Shown piece after piece: positions 12,634 to 25,144 of a DNA stretch of 64,000 nt. Source of the DNA: Klebsormidium nitens (lineage: Eukaryota > Plantae > Klebsormidiophyceae); NCBI GenBank assembly GCA_000708835.1, contig DF236968.1:1-64000 (forward strand), given 5' to 3'. A program made the position numbers and the translations under genes. The stretch's first letter is position 1. Each line of letters opens with the position of its first letter. The notes under the pieces were generated by a model, which saw only the letters and a list, made by a program, of their open reading frames with translations, had not been told where the DNA came from and did no database searches.

Positions 12634-15600
12634 TTAACCGTCAGCAGCACGATTTAGTTGCTTCCGTACCAGATTAGCAGCCTCTGCTGCGCATCCCCAA
12701 AACAGAGTGAAACCAGACCCGCCGTGCCCGTAGTTGTGTACCACTGGCACCGCCGTTTCGTTGCCGTCCGAAGTCGCCTGCGTAGACGGTCTCAAAAGTC
12801 GAGCTTTCTCTTCACTCACAAAAAGCCAGGCAACCAAAAAGCATGCCCAGGCCAAACTGTCACCAGCACCAGAGGAGGGAGACCGTCGCAAACGAACGGA
12901 ATGATTCCAGAGTTCCTTCCCAGGGATCTCGTGCTTTCTCTCTTGCAGAGACTCCTCGAAGTCGCCCTACTCGCTTCCGTGACATACTTCCCTCCTCAAG
13001 AATCCTGGCCCTGCGGCAAGCGCGTATAGATGTCTGACTTCACTCTACGCGGGTCAAGACACAGATAATGCCCCTGATGTTCCCAGGGTCACAAAGGGGG
13101 AACGCCATTCAGACAAGCAGCCCGAGAGTGAGGCATCTCGGGCTTACGGACTGCGCCAAACCACTTTACCGGCGGGGGCTCTTTCAGTGACCAAAAAGCA
13201 GCCGCAAGCGCGTCTACTACGCAGAATACGAACAAACAATCACCAATAGAATATCAAGAAAAGTCTGCAGTGCTCACCGGCGGGGGCTCTTCCAACTCGA
13301 GCCGGATCGCCTCCCGCACGGGGCGCAGCCCCGACCACTTTTCGACGCTGCTGCTGGCGAGATCGACGGCTGTCAAGCTCGGCAGGTATGCCGAGCAACG
13401 GTCCAGAATGTCACGGGAGAGCTGCGCAGCAAAGGAAAGCGGTTCCTGGTGTGAACGACTCGCACACATGCGTTAGCTTAGGCTGCTGACAAGGTCTCTG
13501 AAGAACAAAGTTCTGGGAGCAGCCGAGCGGGGCAGGTGCGAACCCTGAAGATAAAAGTCCTTAGCCAACGGGATAAGCATCTCCCCGGGTTCACTCGACT
13601 TGGGCGTCTGATGACTCACGTCAGCCGCGATTCCAACAGCGTCGCAGGTTTGAGAATCCTCTGCAAACCGCTGGGTCAATGCATCACTTACGCCCTTTCC
13701 CGAGTTCTAATCCTAACTTACTGCCAAGACGGAAGCCGCACGAGCATCTTCTGTGCCAGTAAACAGTTCTCCAGATCCGGAGATGGTCCGAGGGGCGAGA
13801 CGAAGTGCCAAATCGAGAAAGAAGCGACGAAACTTTCAGGGAGAGAAACAAAAAAGTAACACAGAGTTTGTTCCCGTTATCCCTGAAGAGACGGCAGAGG
13901 CATCAAGGGAAAAGGCCAGACGGTTAGACGGTTGCACGGAGTCCGACTGTTCCTGGCAATCTTCCTTGGTAGCTCTCACAGTGACTGTCCAAACGTCCGT
14001 GTTTCAGTTGCGACTTCCTCTCATTGTTTTGTTGCGGTGATATCATCGCAGGGTGCAGCAATCGCTTACCTCATTGCGCGAATTCCAAGTGTAGGCTCAA
14101 ACTTTGCCCACAATCGTAGTCCGTAATCAATACTCACAAGCTGCTTACAGTTTCGACTGAACGAGTCATGTCAAAAGAGGGTGAAAAGGACAACAGAAAC
14201 CAAACACAAGCTCAAGATTCAAATTACTCGGAACATATTGAATGCCTCTCAAAAGGAGTTCAAGGGACAGCAGAATGAAGAAGGCAGCAATATGGAGACC
14301 TTAGACCTACCTCGTCGTCAGTCGCCGCATTTACGGTGTCCGGAGCGACCCTGTCCGTAGAGCCCCCCAGTACGACAGTGTCCGTATTGGGGATGACGTA
14401 CGTCGTGTCGTCGAAGCCGTAGTAGTGCTTGATCTCGGGCGCATTCACCCTGAGCACCTGGCCCTGGACGGGCGCGATGGCCCTGCGCGACAAAGCAGGA
14501 GTGTGAAAACCCTCCGGAGTGCTTGGCACTATGCTGTGCCGGCTATCATCACGGGAAAATAAAAAACNNNNNNNNNNNNNNNNNNNNTCATTTCTAGCTT
14601 TTCCTTTTCGGGATTTTCAGTGGCAGGAGGCGGCGCCCAGGGTCGACGGGCAGGGTCAAGGAGGTGACGTCAGCAGCTTGCTGACGTAATCTTTGGAATT
14701 AGACATTGTGTTACTATGTACTCACTAGAGCGGGTCTTTCTTACAAGTTCTTATCTTGATTTTTGAAGGTAAAGGCAGCGGGCGCAACGCGAAAGACTGT
14801 TCTAAGTGCGTATCTTTTGAGAATGAAAAGGATCATGTCATTTATCGAGTCACCGGCAAGTCACAGTGACGCAACCGGCCTCCAACGGCTGGTCCAAAAG
14901 CATGTGAGCTGAAATTGCGAATGCTATTGACATATCGCAGAATCTCAAAAGTCAAACGAATGCGTCAAATATGGTCAAGCAACGCTTTGACTGACTTTTT
15001 ATTTCTTCGACGGAGCTCCTCTCACAGGAAGATGGTTGGACCGGAGGGAAGGGTCTGAAGCAGTGCTCCCAGACAAAAGCCATCCGCAAAAAGGACCCTT
15101 CGTTTTAAAGCCCATTTTAGCGGCAAAGGTGACGGGGTGGAGTCCGAACAAAGCTGGCAGGGACACTTTTGCCTCAACGGCAAGTCCATTGTAACAAAAG
15201 TGTCTAAACAGCAACGCAGCAGGTGCCGAACCGCTGAGTCTCTGGAGCTTCTTACTTACTGATCGCCGACTAGGTCCCGGGCCCCCAACCCGGTGCAATT
15301 CACGACCAGGTCGTAGGCTTGCCCCAAATCTCGGTAGATGTCCCCGACCCTTTTCCTCACAAACCCCCCCCCCCGGGCTAGGATCTCCTCTTCGAGACAG
15401 GGCAGATATCTTCGCGGCTCGCAGATGATGGTCGAAAACACCCAGCCGTGCTTGAATTCGTGAGGGTGGAATTGATAGAGCTCGCGGGGGGTGGCGTGCG
15501 CGAAGCGGGAGACGACGTCGCGCCAGGGGGGGTCGGGGTGGGCGTCGGGGCCTTCCTAAGGGGAGAGAGACAACTAGGTCGATGAGAACCACAAGATTAG

Positions 15601-17847
15601 GACTTCGTTTGGGGCGGGGAACGTTGTCATGCCAGGGGGGGCCGGGGCGATCGTAGGGAGAGGATATGAAATAGCTTGATGGGAGGCTCAAGGAAGATAA
15701 ACAAGGGAAACGTTGCTCCAGCTGGGGTCATGTGGGCGTCAGGACCTTCCTAGGGGAGACCGAAAACCAGGATGAGAGGCGAGAAAACTAGGTTGAGGAG
15801 AGTCTCAAGCGATATATAATTTGTATCAGAGCGGGGGACATAGTCGCGCAAGGGGGGTAAATTTCGGGGTGGGCGTCGGGGCCCTCCTAGGAAGAGAGGG
15901 TGAACTAGGTTGAGGGAAATCTCAAGGAAGAGTGTAAGTAAGGCGGGGTACGACGTCGCGCCAGGGGGGCTCCGGGGTGGGCGTCAGGGCGTTCCTAGGG
16001 GAAGACAGACAACAGGGGTGAGGAGAGAAAAAAGAACGGTGAGAAGGATCTCAAGCGATACGGTAATCTGTGATAGGACGGGCGACGACGTCGCACCAGG
16101 TGGGGTCGGGGTGGGCTTCAGGGCCATACTATGCAGGGAGCAAATTAGGTTGATGAGAATCCAAAAAGAGATACTGACTTCTTTGTGAGAGGTTAAAAAC
16201 GTGGTCAGCTGATAGGGGGGAGCTTTCTGGGAGATGACAAGAGCAGAGACACTGAGCCAAAGTGGTGAAACCTCGAACCAAAAGATGGGTCAATAGGGAA
16301 GCCTTAAAAGTGTGCAAGGGAGGCCGGACATGCGAGTACTGCGACAACTTTGGAACCCCAGGCTCCCAGAAACGTCGATGGGTGAAACTACTTTTATGCT
16401 CGTCGGTAAACTCAACGGTGAAGCCGTTGGCTCAGAAGTCGCTCCCCTGGTGTCCAAAAATTTGCGGTCTGGACCTTTCGAATGGAAGCGGTTGTACAGT
16501 TGTGGGACTGACAAGGCTGACTTTGGAGACTGGTGAGCAACTCGTGGCGAAATCCCGATCAAGCCACGTTTCTTCTCACTTTCTAGAATTTCCGATACAA
16601 AAGAAAATAAGGATGAGAGCATTCTTGCATTGTTTTGCTTGTTTCCAAAAAGAGTGGAGCAGCCATGGTTAATATACACTAAAGCAAAAGCCTTTACTCC
16701 ACCACTTGCCTAAGTCTGGCCTTTGTGCTGACTCCCGATTTCTCATGTCCAATCGCATGATGTCCTGCTTTGTCCAGATTCGGATGCAAGAGATGTTGAA
16801 GCAACAAAAAAAATTGTCATTATCTCTGTGTCCGACTCAATGACTACGCAGCCCTCTGGAAATCGCACTTCCGACGCAATGAAACTAGTCTTCAGGAGAC
16901 AATCTGTCCAACGCAGAGCCTCGGAAGTTAGGTGTAAAAGTAAGCATGCGAGAGGCAAACGGAGCCCCACCTTGAAGAACTCATGCCCTGTCACAGGAAA
17001 GACGCCCTTCTTGCCGGCATCCCTGCTCTGAAGCTCCCTCTCGAGATGCTCATGAGTTATCTTGCCCCACTTCTTAACCAGCTCTGGATCCTGTGCATCA
17101 CCTGCAAGGCAAGGACCTTGGTTTACTGATCTTAACCCGCTTTCTTAACCTTATTCCAGAAATATGAAGTTGCCCTACTCAGGTAGCTCTGGCTCTTGTT
17201 TCCTGCCTGCAAGGAAATGAACTTTGAAGTCAACTAAAAGGTGCACACATCTATCAGCTGGCATCCACCAATTGACCTTCTTTTCCGAACGTCCGTGTTA
17301 CGATTGTCGCAGCACGTTGCATTCTGCAAATGCTTTCTGCGCACAGGAGTGCGCTGCCTGTATCGAAAGCCAAAAGTTTATCATGTAGAACTTGAAGAGG
17401 GGTTCTATCTTAGCTTTCCCTTTCGCTGAAAACAACCGATGAATCTTCAGTGCACATGACTCAAAATGTCAACCAGCTGGCCTGCATTCACGAAACTGTT
17501 CCCTCTCAGGAATCGCAAAATTCCCAAACGTACTTCATTTTGATGATTCATGGCCAGCTCCTTTTACATCCCTGCCATCGCTGCGCCCCCAGGAGTTGAT
17601 CAAAACACCACAAAGAGACAACACCAACGAAGATATACCTAATGGAGTAAGGACCTAGGGCCTGCAGAAAGGCTTTCTGACCTAGTGAGTAGGGCATCCA
17701 CAGCCCGCCCGCCCCATAGCTGGTGGTCTCCTGCCAGGGGCGGTCGGAGATCACCGTTACGCTGACATCAGGAATGCTCCTAGCGATGCAGACCGCAGTC
17801 GACAGGCCAATGATGCCGCTGCCTATGACCGCAACTCTGTGGCTCAT
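12634..17847 (-). CDS. DAO: D-amino acid oxidase / D-aspartate oxidase family flavoenzyme; 6 exons: about 17847-17683, 17101-16971, 15555-15260, 14483-14309, 13400-13270, 12780-12634
   Basis: [14 protein letters not shown] (Rossmann GxGxxG), [56 protein letters not shown] and [19 protein letters not shown] are all conserved DAAO motifs. Confidence 0.92.
14568..14587. other. Assembly gap (20 N) inside a DAO intron
   Basis: Run of n characters in the sequence. Confidence 1.
15560..16135 (-). repeat. Exon-echo array: about 5 degenerate copies of the DAO exon-3 acceptor plus exon start
   Basis: Plus-strand GACGACGTCGCGCCAGGGGGGGTCGGGGTGGGCGTCGGGGCCTTCCTAAG (true exon start, 15555) is echoed near 15620, 15730, 15860, 15970 and 16100. 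Confidence 0.85.
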
Positions 17848-18502
17848 GGCGACGGATTTTCCGCAGTGGCAAGCATTTTGTGCAAGGAACAAAGCCGTAG
17901 CTGCAAACTAGTGCGATCCTCTAAGATCTCATCATCCCATCTTCGCTGCATTCAGAAAAAGAATGGAGGAAGGAAGGTGGAACTAAATGATACGAGTTTG
18001 CGTGAGCGTGGCTCGCTGAGCTGCACTTTGGCTAGCGACTCTTTCCACCCGGGGGAAGAGTCTCCGGGGGCGATTATGAAACGACATGGCTCCAGCAAGC
18101 TGCCTCGGTGTCAAACACCGGCAGGTCTGTACACCTGCTGGGTCGCCGCGAAGGTGAGTGAGTTTCCAGGGGGATTGCTCTGGAACAGCTAGAAAGAGCT
18201 CTTCGCGTTCTTCTGTTATTCAGAGGTTCTGCAGTTTAGGGGCAGGCTAGTAGAGGGGAGCTGATTAATGGGCGCTGCTCAAGCGCCACAGCAGCCTAGG
18301 AAAGGACTGGGAGCCTGGCAGGCGGAGCTAGTTGCATACGGAGAACTGACTGGAAAAAGATAACCGGTGGTAGCGCCGCCAATTGCCGCTCACCTTAGCC
18401 AGATGGCGAACTGGTTGTAACCTTATGAAACAAACACAAGCACATTGACCGAGAAGACTGTTCTGGGGAAAAGAAAAAGGCAAGTCTCTTTGGAGGAATG
18501 TT

Positions 18503-20622
18503 TTGTTCAAAAAGTGGTGCAGCGCTACAGGATCGAACTCCAGGAATTCTCGCCCTGATAATCCGGACATAGAGTTCAATCTGCAGATTGCCAGGGATGT
18601 TCTGACATGCGCCCCAACTTTCTGCGGATCAGCAAAAGTGGCTCGCCGGCACCCTCGCACAGGCCATACTAAGGAACACCACATCTCTGAGCGGTTCTTC
18701 TCTGTCTGGTTGGAGGACAGAATCTACACAACAGATGGTAGCCCTGAGCTTCAATGCACATTTGAAAAGAACAGTGTTCACGTTGAGTATCATGGCAGAC
18801 CCTTTGAACAAGTCCCGAAAATCTCTGACAGTAGCAGACTGCGTTCACATGAGGATTCTACTACGTCTAGTGAGGGTGAGGACGAAAGTGAGGACACCAA
18901 TGACAGTGAATATGAGGAGAAAAGCGAAGACACAGATGAGGAGGTGACGACAGATGCGGCAGGACATGGTGGTGAAAAGAAGGATAAGAAAGACAAAGAG
19001 GACAAGGGTGAAAGTGGAAGGTGTCCGGATGCAAGGTTGAAGTTCGTGCGCCACCTAAGCACAGCACCAGTGACCATCACTTTCACCATTCGCGTGGAGA
19101 GAACCTTCTTGGAACGAGATTGGAATGTTTATAGGCGCTTCAAAGCACCAGAACCGAAGTCTGCACTGCTGAGGGATGCAGAGAATGATGGAGACGTGTA
19201 CCTTCTGACCAAGGTGCGTAGAAATGCTCAACGATCTGGTCTTTGTGTCTCAAAAGATTTCATAATGGCTTCTTCTCTTAGAAGGTGGTTTGTGAAGAAG
19301 CATCGATATGCTTCTTGTCAACTTAGAGTTTACCAAAAGCAAGGTTGTTATTTCTTAACCTCTTTCTTGCTCAGTGAATGATCAGGGAGCCAGCCCTGAC
19401 TGGTCAAGCAAAAGCTCTTTTATGCTTCCACATTGCTGTTAAGCCCCCCTTTAAACAGAATTTTTGGAAGAAACCAATCACGTTTTATAAGAAGGAGCCT
19501 AAGGTCTGCTGATTAAGGAGGCATTACAAGAAAACAGTGACTTGCATCTGTTTGTCGGATTGTCTGGAGGCGCTTGGGAAGTCCTGAAAATCAGTTGATT
19601 ATTATAGCTGCATGTTAAAAGGACCTCCATTCGTCTGATCAGCGCAGTCAGGGAGCAGATATTGATAATATCAAACGATCCAGATCTCTCCTCACAACTT
19701 GCAAGGTCATGCCTATCTCAATTATACAGGTTCTGTTTGTCGAAAGATTTGACATTTGCGTTCGTCGTGCATTTGCCAGGATGGTACGAAGGTGGCAGCA
19801 CAGTCAGCGGTTTTGATGAAGGTGCCCTACTTTTCGGCTCTACTGGAGCCCCACTGGAAGAGGAAGCCGCAAACGCCAGGTCAACAGCTGGAGTTAGACC
19901 TGCCGTGTCCTGTTGAAAAGACCGCCCTCCAGATCTTTCTCAACTACGTGTATGGAGACACCGGGCCCCTTTTCCGCATTCTGCCGCTCCACGCACAAGT
20001 CTTACAGGTAAAACACAGAAACCTGTAGAAACTTCCTCTCGTTGAAGTGCGAGCGCTGTGGGGATTGCATTTCTGCTGAAAGCACGGTTTCGAACTGTAT
20101 CATCTTGTTTGCAGTTGACGAAGACCGTATTAAAATACTCGAGTTCCTTACATTCGCTAATGTGATCCGTGACAGAGGAACAGCATTCCACGAAGCGATG
20201 TCTGATGCGCTCTCTAGGCTGAGCTTCTCATGGACGTTTATCTGTCTCTGTTGACTTCGTAGGAAGAAGGGTTTCGGTCCAATCTCCGCAGCGGAAGCCT
20301 TACAAAGATCCTCCATATACTTATACAAAATCCCGCCTTGCATATGCAGGACATCCTCAGGCTCGCAGATGCGTGTGACGTTCCAGCATTATGCAGCGAG
20401 ATAGACGGCTTTGTTGAGGTGACCAAAGAGAACGCACAACTCTGGCTTCAGTGGCTTCGGGAGATGCGGGGTAGCAACATTGAGTTGAGCTCCATCCGAA
20501 AACAAATGGTCGGACACTTGAAGCAGGTCTTCAGCGAGGCTGTCATGTGGGAGGACTTGGACGATGATCAACTAGCTGCACTTGTTGCGTTTGGACACGA
20601 CCTCAGAAATCGAGAGTCTTGA
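18503..20622 (+). CDS. BTB/POZ-domain protein with lineage-specific N-terminus and acidic tract; 5' end uncertain
   Basis: Exons about 18503-19213, 19780-20008, 20347-20622: GDVYLLTK|DGTKVAAQSAVLMKVPYFSALL...LQIFLNYVYGD...|DILRLADACDVPALCSEI matches the BTB pattern (HxxVL..S.YF..L; F..ll.ylY; ll.lAd.y.v..L). Confidence 0.72.
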
Positions 20623-22770
20623 CTCAAGCCATACTGGCCTGTCTTATGGGGACAACCTAATCAGCGAGAACATTATCATAGCCTTAGGGCCAGAGATTGA
20701 CCTTGCAAACAGTATACACAACTGCGTCGCTTATCGGGCTATTGTGCAGTCTGGAAAGGATCGACCGTCCTTTCCAGACTGCCTTTCCGGACCACCTTGA
20801 AGAAATCCAGCTCGATCCGCTTATCCACGGTACCGTACCTAGGTCCTGGACGCTGACTCGGAGCAAATGAGTCGTCCAGCCTGGCCGTTTTGCATGATTT
20901 TTCCGCATTGAAATCAACAGATCCAGAATCACATGCTAGGGATGGTAGAGAAAGATCGACCTAGGGGGCTAATTCTCAGCCAAAGTTCGGTTGGAAAACA
21001 TAAGTTATAACTAAGATAACTAAGATATATCTAGACTGCATTCAGTCTACTAGAGAAAGCGCTGATTGTATGATAGCATGCAGATCTTAGATCAATCATG
21101 CATGATCCACTGAGATTAAGTACGAAGGCCCGGATTACGTACCCGGTATTTCCAATTGCATAATGATGCTAGCATTCGCAGTCTTGTAATTAAGTTTGCC
21201 TCCGACCGCACGGCGTCGGAGCTATAGGACTGCACTAGCTCAAAAGCTAAACGGGCGATCTTTCGCGTTAAGGCGATTGCATGTTGTACGTCATCTGGCA
21301 GACATTACCCGTCGAATTTTGCGCTCACTTTGGCAGTCAAATTGCAAGTAAAGAATATTTACCGCCCGGCTACCGGCCGCTCTTTACCGGCACGACAAAG
21401 GACATGAAACGTCTTGAACATCAGTGCACGAAAGTCTGATTTTTACCTGATTGCATCCCTTACGAACTTGCGGGTTAGCATGGCAAGATGCAAATAACAC
21501 TTGGTAACATTGTTTGTACTGGCACCGGCTGCCTGTCGGTGTAGTCGATGGGGTCGGCCCTCTTGTAATGCATGCACTCCCTCTGCAGCCCCTGGGCCCC
21601 GCTCAGCGGCTCAGCGACTCACTGCTGATGCTTTTCTCTCCAGATTTCCACAATCGAATTGCCCGGCCCGCGCTTTGCATCATGCACTGCGAAGAACAAT
21701 CCTTTGTTATGCGCTTTGATTTGCTCTCCATGGAATCAATAAAAACCTTCAGCTACGATGCGTTTCGAGAGCTGCCCTTCCTCCTCTCTCTCATGGAATC
21801 TTCCCTAGCTTGATAAGTCCAGGCCCTCTTTCTGTTCGGTTTTTAAACTTGCAATCTTTAGTGGTGCCACAGAGTACCACATATGCAATTGTCCAATTCC
21901 CGCACCTCCGCACCATCTCGTATGGTCAAGGCCGTTTTTTTGCCATTAGCACGGGAAAGACTCCACGCACATGTACGTATGCCTGAGGATCAATTGCAGA
22001 GGACGTGAGACTTCGGATTAAAAGAGGCGGACTTTTGCAAGGGACATATCAAACCACGTTGAACCGTATTCTTCAGGAACATCTGATGAGATTTTACTTG
22101 ATGTGTTCAAGGTGGTCAGCGTTGGACGATGCGTCTGCTTTGCTGGAAAGGACATAAGAAAACCAGACGGTCGAAGAAGGATAGGGTGCGCAAGTCGTCA
22201 ACGAATGACGATACAATGACCTCATCGAATCGAAACGCCTGCAGAAAGAAGGCTTGCATTGCAGTGGACTCTTTTCCCTTGCGAGTTCGGATCGAAACTC
22301 GTCGCAGGTGCAAAACACCACCGGTTTCACTCTGCACCGATGTATTCCCAAAAACTCCGAGCTCACTGCCACATAGTCACATTGTCAGCTTATATTGATG
22401 CGAACATCGAAGTCTCAGGTTGCTTGCCTTACCTGGTCGTCCGCAGCTGTTTCACTTGGACTCTGACCATCCATATGGAATCGGCAAATACCTTCCGCTT
22501 CGCTCGACTGGCCTTGTCACTTCCCGCCCGCTCTTCCCCCATCTCCGCTTCCGAGCTCCCACCAGAGTATATTGCTTCTTCTTTGAAAGCTGCCCCTCAG
22601 CTTGACAGAATGCAAGCGGACAAGTGGAGTAGCCAAGGATCGCAGCCTCCCAACTCCTGAAAACGGCTTGTATTCATGCTTTGCCGCCATGATCCGCACA
22701 GCCTTCCAGCCTAATCATGCATCCGTTATCCGAATTACGGTGCTATCCGTTTGGTCAACGGTCCAACCCC

Positions 22771-24369
22771 CTAGAAAGGCTTCTGCGCCGCACTTCGTGG
22801 CGACCCCGCAGCGTACGGAGACGGGACGCGAGGCGACGGTAACTTGAACCCCTGCGCTTTGCCCCCCGACCCTCCGGGAGGAGACATCGGGACCGCAAAA
22901 CCCGAGCCGCCCGGTCGTAATGATGGCAGGGGGGGCCGTCCGCCCCTGGGTGAAGAAGGCCCTCCCCCAGATGGCGCCAGAACCTTTGCAAGGTGCGGGG
23001 GCAATGCCTTGGGGGGGTGAGCGTTGTTGGCGACCTTGAGCCCCTCTCCCGACAAAACAGCGTTGCGCAGAAGTCTCTCTTTCTCGACGAGGGCCGGGTC
23101 TGGTTTCGCCGGGGGCTGGTATGCGGACGCCGCGTGCTGGCTAAGCGTCCGGCGCCCGGCTTGGATCGTCCGGTTGGCGGCGTCGCAGGCGGAGCGGATG
23201 GTTTCGATCTGCTGCTGTAGGCGGCTGATCTGGGCCTGGACGGGGGGCGGAATCTGGGCCGGCTGGCCCCCCCGCTGCGGTGTAGTGAGGCCCATCTTTG
23301 TTTCGAGTTGCTCCTGGAGAGAGGCCTGCATATTGAGAACAAAGGATGAGCAATGAAATCACCTTGCTTTGGGTACTCTTTCTGCGTTCTGCTCCACTGT
23401 TTTCCACCATCCGAACATGTCTCCGAAAGCAAGAGAGCATCAAATGCAACCGGGCCAAGATTCAAATGAGCCAAAGGTGCTACCATCGTTTGCCAGACGT
23501 GCTGCTTCATTCACCAAAGTATGATCGATCCCGCCTCTTCGGAAAGGATTGTGTCCGTTCCAAAGAAGAGCAGAGACTGGCTCACCCGCTCCGCTTCCAT
23601 CTCCGGCAGCAGTTTGGTACTCAGCATGAGAGGCAGGATAGGCGCCGTCTCGGGCCCCACTCCGCCAGCCTTTGGGTACACCACAAACATGCGCAGAATG
23701 GGCTTCATGTCGGCCACCAGATTGAGCAGCTGCGTGTTCAAGACGGCAAACTGGTTCAGGATGTCGGGCCTGCGAAACAAGGGGCAGAATGGGAAATTAT
23801 TGTCAGAAACGGTTCTGTGGAAGATTGACTGCAGGAGCCCAAGCTGTGTGCGATGAGAGCTTCCAATCCGCAATCTGCCAGTGCTTGTGTGACAGTTGAT
23901 GGGATTGATCGTGGTGCTGTGGATCGCAAGAGTGCATCAAGCTGGCTTGCAAGTGCCCGAAAGAAACTTTCACGAACGAACCGCATGCCCCAAACTCAAC
24001 AAAAGAGCTGGACTCAGGGGGAATGCCTGCAATCCTTGAGACTTAACAAACCTCAATCTGCAAATCAGTCTGCAAATCCCTTCAAACAGCCAGCGATATG
24101 AAACAAAGCCAGTTTTCAGAGGAGACGAGTCTTGTATTCTGCTGCTAGTCAACAAGTCTTTATGGTTGTACTCACCACCGAAGGGCACCCGCATACTGGG
24201 GCTGGAAGACGTCACGCAACCTTCCAATTGATGCATACAGCTCCATGGCACGGTTCTTGACTGCGGTCAGATTCAGTTGAGCCAAGACTGGGGCCAAGTC
24301 TGAATCAGGAACTGGTAAGCCCGGCGGTTGTACCTGCGCCTGGGGCGTCCCCTGAGAAGGAGCCGCCAT
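22771..24369 (-). CDS. MED8: Mediator of RNA polymerase II subunit 8, plant type; 3 exons: about 24369-24176, 23770-23586, 23325-22771
   Basis: LNLTAVKNRAMELYASIGR...W|PDILNQFAVLNTQLLNLV...FVVYPK...ILPLMLSTKLLPEME...IETIRSACDAA...ERLLRNAVLSGEGL parallels plant MED8. Confidence 0.88.
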
Positions 24370-25144
24370 TTGAGCTTGGCCAATGCAGCTAGCGCAGCTA
24401 CTTTTGGACGATGCGCCCTTCTGCCGCCAACATTCTAATAACTGTGCTTTGCATATGGACTTTCGCTTCCAAGGCCCTTTCTTTACGCAAAAGTAGCTTC
24501 GCCTAGCTGCTCTGCAAATGCATTTTCATGGGAGGAGCATCTCCATGAATACTCCCGCTGAACATCACCTTCTCTCGTAACAAGGCCTTCGCTGTCTGGG
24601 CGCGCCATCAAGAACCCAGCCCCGTTTCGGGGGCCGGAGCAGCTCAAAATGGCCGCATTCTTATCAGGGCAACCGATACCATTTCCGGAGACCTTGGTTC
24701 AAACCGTTCCCATATATGCTTTGTTTTGACACACATCTTCTCAATTTACCCACTTCAAGTTCTTGTCTTAGCTCGAGTTTTGCTGCATTAAAGTGTTCAG
24801 CATTTGCCAGAATCAGTGCTGGGCTTCTCTTCTCGCTTGTGCCCCTGTAGCGGTGCATCAAGGAGGGCCCTACTCCAGCTGCTATGTGCTTGTGGACCAC
24901 TGTTCAAGAAGACTGCACCACCTTATTGACGTCATGACGTCTGGAGAGCTTTAGTACATGCTGGGAGTAGTCCACTGGCAGTGCCGCCTGCTGAGCTGAT
25001 TTCCAGCTCCCACCACTAGAAATAGAGGGAAACATTTCGTTGAACGATCACTTCATTTAAACAGCAATCAAAATTTCTGCAGCCAGATTGGTTTAAGCTT
25101 ACCAACACAAGAACAGAAACCCTGGTCACTTGCGGCTGGTCGCC

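Noticed and set aside
14999-15691. 230-aa Arg/Pro-rich minus-strand ORF
   Set aside because: Alternative frame overlapping DAO exon 3 and its G/C-rich echoes.
21197-21240. Hairpin CTCCGAC/GTCGGAG followed by CTAG, Helitron-like 3' end
   Set aside because: The CTAG is followed by C rather than T, no 5' TC end or Rep/Hel remnants were seen, and the stem is only 7 bp.
21501-22660. Short ORFs between BTB and MED8
   Set aside because: No recognisable motifs or consistent splice structure; likely UTR or intergenic.
22755-23510. 251-aa minus-strand ORF
   Set aside because: Off-frame overlap of the GC-rich MED8 last exon.
24664-24900. 78-aa ORF between MED8 and TRM11
   Set aside because: Non-ATG start, no homology recognised, and it lies in a probable shared promoter/UTR.
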